This document shows, piece after piece, positions 13,648 to 24,910 of a stretch of DNA of 64,000 nucleotides. The stretch covers positions 324,818,001 to 324,882,000 of the forward strand of contig OZ024741.1 of assembly GCA_964016885.1 (NCBI GenBank), read 5' to 3'. The position numbers and the translations under genes were made by a program. Numbering within the stretch: position 1 is the first letter of the stretch; every line of letters begins with the position of its first letter. The notes under the pieces were generated by a model. That model worked only from the letters and a program-made list of their open reading frames with translations. It was not told where the DNA came from and ran no database searches. The DNA comes from Eledone cirrhosa. Lineage: Eukaryota.

Positions 13648-14534
13648 ATGTGTGTGTATGTTAACAGAAACTCACTTTCCGCTCTACGTGGGTGGCTGGA
13701 GAAAATGGAATAGATAAATATCCAAGATTTTGTCCGGAATCTTGCCACAGATAATGAAGTGTTAAAAGACATAGCGACATATAAAATAATAAAAAGAACA
13801 CTACGAATAATAATGGTTATGATTAATACGGCGTTAATGAATGCATGTGTTGGTGTGTGTGCAGAGTAAAATACGTTTGATACAAACCTATGATACGGAC
13901 GACATCGGAGGTAACCAGTAAAAAAGATTATCGAAATATGTAAATATTACAAATGATATGTTAAAGCAGCACAGAGTTAACTATGGATAACCAAAAGTGA
14001 CACAAATTGTTAAACGAAGAAAACTAGTATTTAATAAATAACTAACGGAACGAATCCAAAATAACTAAATCATAAAGGGAGGAATCGCGTTTTATTTAAA
14101 TGCCATAAAAAGGGTAATTTATTTTTGAACGATCATTTATTTTTATTTTTTTATTTTACTGGTTTCAGTCACTAGACTGCGGTCATACTGGGGCACTACC
14201 TTCATTTATCGATTATATCAACTGCCGTGCTTCTTTCTTTCAAGTCGGCTACTTATTTTATCAATATCGTTTTTTTTTTTATTGAACTGCTAATTTACGG
14301 GGTATGAACAGATACAAACGTAAACACACACACACATGTGATGGGCTTCTGTAGTTTCTGTTAACCAATTTCCACTCTCAAGACATCGACTAAAAAAATA
14401 TTGATCACCACTCGAAATGTTCCAAATTTCCTTATCACATAAAATTCTTTTCTTTCTTTTGACAGAAATATAAGCCACAAGTAAAGGACCGGCCTAACTA
14501 TTAACGCCAATTAGGCAGCCATGTAGGGCAGGCA

Positions 14535-14660
14535 TGAGAAATCTTTTCGAGCAGTGAGCCACATAAGGTGGGCCGCACTACTAAAAGAAATCAAGACAAT
14601 TTTGAAATTAGGCATGCCATTCAGAAAGCCAAACAAACAGGCCTCAGTTTGTCCATAAAC
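14535..14660 (-). mobile_element. hAT/Charlie-type MITE, opposite-orientation relative of 37652-37815
   Basis: CAGGCATGAGAAATCTTTT...GGGCCGCACTACTAAA matches the reverse complement of the 37652 copy. Confidence 0.55.
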
Positions 14661-15010
14661 TGATCTAGGGTATAGACTTCAAGGATCACAACTTTATACA
14701 AATCTGTATAATCAAATTAAATAAATACTTTCACTAAACGTAGTAGCAGGGGTGAGGAAATATCCAAAGCGGTGGAGAGGGTCGTGTGGTATTACGACCT
14801 GCCACATAATTTGGTGTAGGTGTGAGTGGACTGTCAACATCGTCAAGAGAAAAATGCAGGCGTCAGAGCAAGAAGTGTCAAAAACTAGATCTGTCAGTTT
14901 ACCAAACTGTAAATTGAAATTATCATATTTAGGAAAATGAGAGTATTTAGGAGATTAGTATCGGTGTACATATAAAATTATTACAAAAGACAATAAATGC
15001 CGGTGTGTGT

Positions 15011-16112
15011 TGTGATAATGTTTTTACTTCATAGAAGTCAAAGGGATTAATATAAATAAATCATTACCCGTGGATTACAACTCCAGGCTGAAGTTTGTGG
15101 AGAAGAACAGAGATCTTCTCTTAGAGGTGTTAACATCTTCTTAGGCTCTTAGGCTGCATGTTGCATTCTTCTTGGTGGCGAAGGATTATGAGAAAGGAAT
15201 CATCTCATGCTAAGGTCGCAGGTGTTACCACTTTGGAATTCAGGAGGCGAGAGAGAAAGGTCGTCCTAACCTGTTCCTTTTATAGGGTCTGACCGGAAGT
15301 GACCAACAGGGAGTCTGTCAACCCCAAAGGGAAGCAACTCCGGCTACTTCCTGTCTAGAGAGCGGTGATGAGATTGTCATGACAAGGGAGGCAACTATTG
15401 CTACATTATCCCCCGCCAGATTTTTAAAACATAAAAATCGAATGAAGCATGCATGGAGTAAGATGGCGAGCATGTAAGAGGCATGCAAATTATGATACAA
15501 TGTAATAAAAGTAAGAGAAGAGGTCAAAGTTCAAATATTCAAAATACAGTTCACATGTGTGCAATCACATGACAGCAGTAAAGAATGTGTTCCAGAGAAT
15601 GAATGCAGGTGGTTTCTGGTCTGTGGTATAACGTGAAATTTCTAACTTCCGCAGGGAATTTCTCACAGGAAGAGTGCTGCAGAAATAAATTCTCTGGCTT
15701 GTTCTGCTGGTTTTGGTTGTTGATGAAGCTGTGTTGTTGTTGTTGATGTTGTGAATGCGTTGACCTGGAAGGGTCAAGAGGCCAGCGACCAGACAAATAA
15801 GCATTCTGAATAAATGCGCAGTTTTCAACGGCAAATTTACGTGGTAAATTTTTAAACCGGCAAATAGAAGAATATAGCTTGGTGGAAAGAGATTATGAGA
15901 AAGGAATCATCTCATGCTAAGGTCGCAGGTGTTACCACTTTGGAATTCAGGAGGCGAGAGAGAAAGGTCGTCCTAACCTGTTCCTTTTATAGGGTCTGAC
16001 CGGAAGTGACCAACAGGGAGTCTGTCAACCCCAAAGGGAAGCAACTCCAGCTACTTCCTGTCTAGAGAGCAGTGATGAGATTGTCATGACAAGGGAGACA
16101 ACTCTTGCTACA
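15011..16112 (-). mobile_element. Small internally deleted LTR element (TRIM-like)
   Basis: 222-bp direct repeats 15184-15405 and 15891-16112 (4 mismatches). On the minus strand both begin TGTAGCAA and contain CTATAAAA; PPT-like CTGGCGGGGGATAA abuts the downstream repeat. Left boundary approximate. Confidence 0.75.
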
Positions 16113-17269
16113 AGTGCATAACTGGGAGAAGAAAACAGACATTGTAGAGCTAGCTTAAACCAATAAATACCCAGACACAGGCTCTGCACATAAGACAGCC
16201 ATGCTTTTTCGATTAAATGGATTTTCCTCGGTTTCGACGATGAATGTTCCAGTTGGACCAATGAAACAGCCATCTCATGAAATTAACGTATAAGTGACTG
16301 AGCATTCGACCAATACGTGACAACGCAGTTGTCAGTGAGATTCAACATGATAGTGTATAACAAGATTGACCTTTTTGAAATTCAGATACAGATCATCCAA
16401 CGAGCTTTCGAACAATTTCTGTCTACCTATTTTCACTCACAAGGCGTAAGTCGACTGGGGGATATGGTAAGTGATTTTAACCCAAGATGACACGCAGTAG
16501 GATTGGATCAGGGTCCTATTAACAGCGAAGCTAACTCCTTAGCCATTCGGCCATCTGAGCCTAAAGACAGCAAATACTTATGGATATAAAATTCAATATT
16601 GGTAACAAAATGGATTTCCGTCGCTTTCGACGATGAACAGCCAACAGTTTGATCAACTAACCGTCCTTTTCATTGAATTAGTGTATATGAGACTGGGTTA
16701 GTGAAGGTGTATGGCTTAGTGATTAAAATATTTAGCTCACGATCAAAAGGTAATGAATTCAATTTCCCGTGACGCTCCATGTTCTTGAAAAAAAGTCTGT
16801 CCCAAACTCGGAGGCTCATCAGGAAGGTGCTTATCCCGGTTTTCGCGGAGCAACTGAGAATACAAAATTCTCCACCTGGACAAGGCGCCAGTTCATCGCA
16901 GAGTTAAACCCCCAGCTAGTGCTGGTACTCATTTTCAGTTGAGTATACTCAATGAAGTGTTTTGCTCAAGAAAACGACACACAACACAGTCCAAGAATCG
17001 AACCTACGACATTATGATCGTAAGTCCTACACCCTTACCACTAGGCCATGCGCTTCCACTTTTTATTTCATCTTGCTCCAGTCCACTCAGCTCATAAAAT
17101 GAGCTGTACCTGTAATTCAATGGGTCAGCCTTGTCATACATTGTGACATATTAAATTTCCCTGCGGGGTTATGTTATGGCGGCACATGTCTTACCAAACT
17201 GTAAGGTGTAATAATTTTGTTTAGAAAATGGGGTGCATAACTTGGAGGAGGGAGTTCACATTGTAGAAC

Positions 17270-17590
17270 AGCACTCACCAGACAGATGAACCGCTGCTGG
17301 CTGGATGGAAAGGTACCCCTCGAATGGCAACAGGGAGTCATCGTTAAACTGCCGAAAAAAAGGAATCTAACAGATTGTAACAACTGACGTGGAATCACAC
17401 TACTGTCGGTCCAGGGCAATGTGTGACGGCTACAAGATGTAGATTATATGCGCAGAAAAGAACAACCGGGTTTCCGAAGCAATCGCTCGTGCGCTGAACA
17501 GATCTTTAGACTACGCAACATCATTGAGCTGGCAAAAGACATTGGCGGTCAACTTCATTGACTTTCAAAAAGCATTTAATAGCGTCCACA
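17270..17590 (+). pseudogene. RTE-clade LINE reverse transcriptase fragment
   Basis: PLEWQQGVIVKLPKK..NLTDCNN*RGITLLS..EQPGFRSNRSCAEQIFRLRNIIE..NFIDFQKAFNSVH. Confidence 0.85.
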
Positions 17591-17933
17591 GGTTAAATCT
17601 TATTTCACATTGTTTAAAAAGTGAAATTAATTAACCGGAACTGACGTCATTATATACACATATATTCCATAAGCACGTGTTAGAGAAAATTTAATTTTAA
17701 TAAAAGAAAAAATGATAAAATGTAAGCTACTGAATAGCCACATCTATTATTATTGTGGCTAGAAATATTATTTTAAAGCGCTGTATTTCAACTACTATAG
17801 CTAAAACGCAACGAAATTTGGTGACTGTACGCATGCGGCATGATTTAATAAACAAGTGTGGAATGAAGTTAGTTCCGGTAAATTGAGAAATTAACTTTTT
17901 ACTTTTTTAGCAGCGTAAAATAAGATTCAACCT
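17590..17933. mobile_element. MITE with ~70 bp imperfect TIRs
   Basis: AGGTTAAATCTTATTTCAC..ACCGGAACTGACGTCATT at the left; reverse complement of the right end reads AGGTTGAATCTTATTTTAC..ACCGGAACTAACTTCATT. Confidence 0.7.
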
Positions 17934-18252
17934 ATTTTCTCGAAGATGTAGATAATCATTTCTATTGATAGTCCGGAATGCCCCCCCACCCCCCCACCCC
18001 CCTTCCTTTTTTTTCTGTGGCCCGAGAGTCCTTGTTTTCCCCTTTTTCCCCTCTAATTTATGGCATTTATAATCCTATCCTCTACTTTTCCATACAGCCA
18101 GATCTGCCCTTCTTTATCCCTTCCTCTTTTTCTCATTACTTAATTTTGCTTTTATCTTTCTTTTTTTGTATTTATGTAACTATCAAAGGTTTTTCAAGCC
18201 AACTTTGTGAATAGATCAATATTTTTCTCATATAAGAAATAGTCGCACCCCT

Positions 18253-18315
18253 ACAATCCTGGTATTATTCTTTGCATTGAAACCATCATACCAACAATTC
18301 CATCTATTCGTTACA
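18253..18315 (+). repeat. 5' LTR remnant (terminal 63 bp only)
   Basis: Matches 28478-28540 with 2 mismatches; ends ACA. Confidence 0.9.
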
Positions 18316-18317
18316 AC

Positions 18318-18326
18318 TGGTGACCC
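18318..18326 (+). promoter_or_regulatory. Primer binding site, tRNA-Trp type
   Basis: TGGTGACCC 2 nt after the LTR end; complementary to the tRNA-Trp 3' end (GGGUCACCA). Confidence 0.8.
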
Positions 18327-18368
18327 TGTGAAACAGGCACACAACCTTCTGATTATTCACTACAAACG

Positions 18369-19239
18369 ATGTCCCTAACACACGACGGTTCATCTACGGC
18401 AGAAATGGCAGTCCGGGCGGCGTTTACATTAAGAATACCACCATTCTGGGTGCACGATCCAACACTGTGGTTCGCGCACATCGAAGCGCAGTTCGCATCG
18501 AACCGGATCGTTAGCGAGGCATCTCGTCTAACATGTTATTGGTTCGATGTCTCCGGAGATTATGAATGAGGTTCGAGACCTCATTTTAGCACCACCCGGC
18601 TCTGACACATTTAAAACGACGCTAATTAAGAGGACGTCGGAGTCGCAGCAGAATCACTTGCACCAGCTCCTCATATCGGAGGAATTAAGAGATAAAAAGC
18701 CGACGCAACTCCTACGGCGAATGAAGCAGCTCCTGGGAGAACATAAACTCCCGGATGAAATTTTCAAGCAACTCTTCCTCCAGCGTTTACCTTCTGCCAC
18801 ACAAGTTGTTTTAGCGTCCACCAGGGAGTCCACCTCCATTGAAGAACTCGCCGAGCTGGCAGATAAGATCATGGAGGTATCACATCCGCACTCAACTTTA
18901 GCGAATATGACGCCAGCCGTGCCTTCCACCAATCCTTTTCTTCAGCCCTCCAGTGCCACAGAGATGCCCGATCTACACCAGTTACTGGCACAGCGAGCAA
19001 CACAGATACAGGCCTTGACACAACAAATTCAGGCCTTGTCACTGGGTAATCCTGCCACGCGTCGGTCTAACAGTCGAACTCGACGATTCGGTAGTCGCTC
19101 AATAAGTCCGAGCGCATCTCGTGATTCACCAGAAATGTGTTGGTACCACCAAAAATTCGGAAGACGAGCGTGCAGCTGCAGCCATCCCTGTTCATTTGTG
19201 TCGATGTCGAATCAGGGAAACGACACAGCCAGAAACTGA
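18369..19239 (+). pseudogene. gag: Gypsy gag, one frameshift near 18540
   Basis: IPPFWVHDPTLWFAHIEAQF; KKPTQLLRRM; LFLQRLP; CWYHQKFGRRACSCSHPC (CHCC). GGGAAAC candidate -1 slippery site at 19215-19221. Confidence 0.88.
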
Positions 19240-19836
19240 ATGCGACGGACGTTTCTGGCCCTAATAATCAAAGTCGCCTGTTTTTCATTCAGGATCGCAT
19301 CACAGGCACATGTTTCCTGGTCGACACCAGTGCTGAAGTCAGCATCATCCCGGTTTCCTGCGTTCCTGGAAAAAGGAAAAAAATACCACTCTGGCTCCAA
19401 CCTATTCCGACCTACGGAGAGCAGTCCCTGACACTAAATTTAGGATTACGCCGCACTTTCCAGTGGGTATTCGTTGTGGCTAAGCTGCCGACCCCTATTT
19501 TAGGAGCTGATTTTCTTCAGCACTTCTCACTGCTAGTGGACCTGAAAAACCGACGACTCGTTGACAACTCCACTGGTCTCGCTGTGCGCGGCATAGCCGC
19601 TCGGACAGCCGCAGTCAGTCCAGTTGATTCACGATCGGCAACAACAACCCGGCACAACAGATACCCAGACGTAGCTCGACCAGTATTCAACGCCTGCCCT
19701 GTAAAACATGACAGCCCACCTATCGCTGCACGACCTAGAAGGCTACCACCAGACCATCTGAAGTCCGTCAGACAAGAATTTCAACACATGCTGGATCTCG
19801 GCATCATACGTCTGTCCAGCAGCAACTGGTCCTCAC
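19215..19836 (+). pseudogene. pol: Gypsy pol 5' part: aspartic protease and start of RT
   Basis: FLVDTSAEVSII; ILGADFL; GIIRLSSSNWSSP, then broken by the hAT TIR. Confidence 0.88.
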
Positions 19837-20170
19837 CAGTGGCGTAACTAGCTTTTAAAGCCAGGGGGGCAAATTCGATCTAAAGGGGGCCCACCAATTC
19901 CATACGCTCATTTCCATCGGCTGCAAGGAAATATGTTCATACACGCATATAGAATAGATAATTTATAATAGAGTAGACAGCATCATAGATTACAGAGTTA
20001 GCATGTTCCGTGAAAACTTTATTAACTGCGAAGATGGTGGTCTATCTTCAGAAAAAAAACAACATCCAATAAAATTAGTTTTGCAATCGATTATTCACCA
20101 ACAACAATTCGTATGTACAACAAATCGTCCATCTAAAACTTTACTTTCACATTCGAGCACATCACTTGTT

Positions 20171-23100
20171 CTACAGTTCTAATTTGCGATGTTTTACTTT
20201 AGAAAATGTTTCAATCACGATGCTGAAGTCAATTTTTTCAGCCAGTTCTCGCTCTATGTACATCATTGCCAGAGCATTCAACCGCTGTTCACTCATGGTA
20301 CTACGCAAATAATTCTTTATCAGTTTGAGCCTGCTGAAGGTTCGCTCAGCCTGCGCCGAGCTAACCGGAATAGTTATGAACATTTTGTATAAGGCAAACA
20401 CGTTAGGCTCTATCTAAGTCATTAGAAATCATAAACGGAACGATCTCAGAACTCGATATCGATTTATCTAAACACACTTCCTTGTAAAAATCTTTGAATG
20501 ATAAATACTCGTCGAAGATAGTGTCATTTTCGATGTCACCCTCGTAGAATTTCACAAGATTATCGATTCTCTCTCTATTGCATGTGTCGTCGTCGAAGTG
20601 CGCTGGTATCAAGCACGAAAAATCCTTCACTAGATCGTGCAAGTCGGCAAAACGTTCGTTAAAGCTACTAATGATTCTATCTAAGATAGTGAAATAAACG
20701 TCCCGTTTAAAATGCTGACTCATCGTCTCATAAGGTTCGTCACTGGCATTTTCGTCATGAAAACGCTTCTTTTTTCTTTTCCGTTTTTCTGTTGTAAACT
20801 CTGGTTCAACCTGACGTTGCTCGGCGAGATTTTTAGCGTCTGATAATGTTCGGTCAAAATATTCATTTGAGCGGATGTCTTCAATTTCTTTTACTACATT
20901 TTTAATCATGACGTCCGCGGAATATAAGTCGATAGCCTCCTTCTGCAAATATTGTGAAACAGAATGCAGCGTTTAAAGTAAATTCTGAAAAAACTTCAAC
21001 ATGAAAATGAATTCAAACTTGCTCACATTTAGTAGCAAACCTCTGGCCTCGGCTAATACTTTCGGAGCAGTGTTGTGAACATCCCCACTTATTATCTCTC
21101 TAGTGCACTTATTACTGCCGGTAAGTTGTTAATGGTACACGATGGGGCCCACCCACAGCCCCGGCGGACAGAATGGAGAAGGCGTTTCCCCGGAGGACGG
21201 CAAGGGAGACGCGCTGGAAAAGCCACTCCAACTCGCGGGGCTCACACCTACGGCTGGCCAGCTCGGCGCCTATGGTGGTGAGTAAGGGGGTAGCCCTGGG
21301 GCCGAGGACACCAGAAGTTTCCACTGCCAGGGGAACGACCGCAAACCTGTCGGAGAGCGACCGGTATTTGAGGAGTTTGGCCCCCTCAACCCGACGTGCA
21401 ACAGAACCTGGGTCAGTCGCAGACTGCACCAGGTTGCGGCTGCAGAAAGTGTCGGTGCAAGTAGCATCCCAGACGAGGGGTTTGCCACCGCGGAACGGGA
21501 AGATGGTCATGACATCTGGCCTTTTGCCGTCCTCTCGATCCAGCCCCACCGGCTCGAGCTGGGAAGGGAAGCCTGCAGCGTCCAAGCCATGCTTAATGAC
21601 CTCGTTGAGGGCAGTATAGCGTGGAATGCGGCCGGTACTGTGGCGACCAGAAAGCGGGTGGAGGCCGAAAGAGTCGACGGTGGAACGGCAGCGACATTGG
21701 TGTGGCTGGCAGATCCGGAGGCCGAGCCTCAGGGAAACGCCGATTCGCAGGCTATGGTTGCCTAGCTGCATGCCAGTGGAGAAGGAGGGCAGAGCATGGA
21801 GCCAGGCACCACTGTGGGGTTTGGAGGCCACACGAAAACAAGCAAGGCGGTGCTGGTCGAGCTGGCGCGTGAGCCTGTCTGAGGCCAGGCTGCACTGGAT
21901 GGCATCCCAAGTGCGTTGGGGGGACTTGACGTCAGCCTCTACAGCCTGAATGTGACTAAACCAGCGCGTATCTGAGAGTCTTTTTAATGTTAATACCGTT
22001 GAAGTCAATAGTTTTTCTTGTTCTTCTTCGAGGATTTTCAGCCTTGGCAAGCTTGATATTAAGAAAACATACAGGCTCTCCAATATACCAACAAATAATT
22101 TACCATCCACTGACGATTGGCTAGCATCGATTAACACCAGGTTCAGGTTATGAGCGCAACAATGGACGTAAACAGCTTTCGAAGAGCATCTCTCTTTAAC
22201 TCTAGCCTGAAGCCCAGAAATATGACCGGACATATTCGACGCTCCGTCGTAAGCTTGTCCCCTAATATATTGAGCATCCAAGGATAGATCCTGGAAAAGA
22301 ACTTTCACAAGCGTATCGTAAAATGATTCAGTGGCTGCTGATTCTAGTTCACAAAACGACAGGAAATGCTCTGTGCGTAGCCACTTTTCGATACATATCG
22401 CAGTGACACAGAGCATTGATGCGAAATGTCTATTGTGGAATCGACGATGACTGAATAGTATTTTGCCGCTTTCACTTCCGTGATTATTTGTTGAGTACAT
22501 TCGTTTGCCAAGCCTTCTATGAATTCGTTTTGTAATTTTGGACTTAAATACATAGGCTGTCTTTTAGTGTGCCCAGGTGAGAATAAATGGCTTTCCAAGA
22601 TCGTATCATATTTGGCCAGCAATTTCAACAATTCAATAAAGTTTCCTTCATTTTCTGATTTGGCGCCAAGTCCAGCATATTCCCTGTGACCTCTGAAGGC
22701 CAGGCCTTGTTTTGCGAGAAATAACGTACAATCAAGCAATCGCCTCAATATCTGGCGATTTCGTTCAATTCGCTTCTTCTCTTCATGGATGAGGTTATCG
22801 ATCAGTTTTATCTGCGTCCAAACGATATTTTGTCATGAAGTATTACTTTTGTGCATTGATGTGAATGACACTTTTCTCATGCTTGGCAATTTTTTCGATT
22901 CCCTTTTTGAAGTTTGCCACCCCACACTCTGGATTACCCCAAATCTTCGAGTAAGATTCGGCATTTTTATCAGCAAACAGCCAACAACAAAAGCAATATA
23001 GTCTGTTGGATTCAGGAGAGTATACTAACCAGTGTCGGTCAACTTTATGAATTCCAGCACACTTTCTCTTGTACCAACTGCTGTTGAATTTTCTGTGGTT

Positions 23101-23672
23101 CGAGTCGAGAGGGAAATCTGCAAAATCATCTTTCAATCCTGGCTGACAAGGACCAACGGCCATGAGGGCGCGAATTAGAGGTGTCGTCAATAGTCTGTCC
23201 TCGAAATGTTTCGGGTCGCTTGGATACTTCTCTTGTAAATTCAATATACATTCTACTGGCTCATACTCTGGGATTTGTTTTGCCAATGTAGTTTCCTCTG
23301 AATCATTTTCATTTTCAGATTCCGATACAGCCATTTTTCCCTCTATTGAGTTCGGATCCCCAGTTGGAACTACATCTTCAGTGACTACGACGGTTGTTGA
23401 GATAGTCGATGGACCTGAGGCATCTTCGACGTCAGGCTCTCGTGACTCTCCAGTGCTTTTCTGTTTCTCCAGTTCATCTGACCAGACCGACTCGCCGGAA
23501 ATTCCGGCAGTTACGTTGCTTTGGGATGCGTCACTACTTTTTGACGAAGACTGTTGACTTTTCAGAAAACTTGTGATTAGATGACATTTCTTTGCAGATT
23601 CTTCCGTGGCAGCTTGTCTAGCTTCTCTCCTCTTTGTTGCTCCAGTTTTGTAAAAGTTTTTTTAGGCAGCAT
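20171..23672 (-). pseudogene. hAT transposase, frameshifted and interrupted
   Basis: TTF-type zinc finger (WLVYSPESNRLYCFCCWLF..HEKSVIH); LAFRGHRE..GNFIELL; YSVIVDSTID; RGQAYDGASNMSG; YVHCCAHNLNL; TRW; dimerisation domain IPVSSAQAERTFSRLKLIKNYLRSTMSEQRLNALA. Confidence 0.9.
21086..21933 (-). mobile_element. 5'-truncated CRE-clade non-LTR retrotransposon with restriction-like endonuclease
   Basis: Visibly GC-rich block: SGAWLHALP..LRLGL..CRC..H..KRPD..WDATC..PLAVETSG..FQRVSLAVLRGNA; TAATAAGTG repeated at the 3' tail. Confidence 0.85.
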
Positions 23673-24458
23673 TGTTAATGAGCACTATATTGACACTGTT
23701 TTCTAGTGGCTTTGTCTTAAAAAAAAATTCTTCCTTTTTCCTTTTTCTTTTTTTTTTTCTATAAGTCTTTAAGTGCCGAAATAGCTTGTGATTAGAAAGC
23801 CACTTCACTTACCGCATTTCTCTGGTCCTGGCAAAGTCGTTGGCTGGTTTTCCTCTCTTCCACGTGTGTACAATCCAGCTCGTCTATCGCAGCCTCAAAT
23901 CGCACGTCTGTCTCAGTCCGATGACCGCCGTAGAAGAGAAAGGGGCCTCTCAAGCTGACGTCACATCTGCTCGCCCTTCGGTCGAGCACGCTTCCGGTCA
24001 AGCACGCCCAGCCTCCGGCCACTACACACCACACCATACCCACAATGAGCACTATATTGACACACTTGGAATAATGCAATTTGCTTGATTTGATATTCAA
24101 CACCGAAGAATGTAAAACACGTCAAATAATCGACGAAAAACAAAACATAGAGCAAAAGTCCAGGAAATGTCGCAAATACCAAATTGTTCTAAATGTGACT
24201 AATGATAAAAAGTAACAACATAAATAAAAATATTATATATATTTTTTCTATATATACACACAATATATAGATATATATATATTTGTGTGTATATACTCAT
24301 GCATAATTATACTTTTAATTAAATATTAGGTTAAAAACCTGAGTATCGAGAATAACATAAGCATGTATTACAACATTTCAAACAAATAGAATAATATAGA
24401 ATTTAGATATCAAATCATTTATTTATATTTACAAATCAAAGAATATAATAATCGGTTT

Positions 24459-24690
24459 TTAATGATATCCCTGTGATTGATGCAAGGCTACTAATTTGTC
24501 AATATTTGGTGTGAAAGCCGTTAGAGAGAGTCGTAAATCACCTCTTCTTTCTATATCAAGGCGATTTTGACTTTTTGAAAGCAGATGCATCACCTGACTG
24601 AAACCTGACTCAACTAAATAAGATGTGGGGAAAGCAAGTAAAAAAAATTTAACGTTTTTATTCGACGGAATATTGTCTACACTTTTTTTA
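24459..24690 (-). pseudogene. C-terminal fragment of a second, Charlie/Buster-type hAT transposase
   Basis: LLAFPTSYLVESGFSQV..LLSKSQNRLDI..RGDLRLSLT..PNIDKL...HQSQGYH. Confidence 0.8.
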
Positions 24691-24910
24691 GATGCAGTTG
24701 CCATTTTATCCGAAATATTATATTTTTTAAATAAACAAGAGATTGGTCTTAACTTCTAGTCTTATTAGAGATTAAGCGTTTTCTTTACGTTGTTTTAGTT
24801 AAGGATTCGTAATTACATGTGTAATAAGTTATGTGTTTAGAATTATAGTCTAGGGGGCCCACCTAGACCGACAGGAAAGCCAGGGTGTGTGCCCCCCCCC
24901 CCCGTTAGTT

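Larger units (their letters stand above)
19837..24910 (-). mobile_element. hAT DNA transposon (ZMYM1-like/Tip100-type) nested in Gypsy RT
   Basis: Left TIR CAGTGGCGTAACTAG; right end truncated at ..CGTTAGTT; both ends share AAAGCCAGGG and GGGGGCCCACC subterminal motifs; pol resumes at PKKSSNDWR. Confidence 0.88.

Noticed and set aside
21173-21949. Plus-strand ORFs in the GC-rich block, and horizontal transfer from bacteria
   Set aside because: Antisense to the CRE endonuclease; the motifs are those of a eukaryotic non-LTR element and a second fragment occurs at 39720
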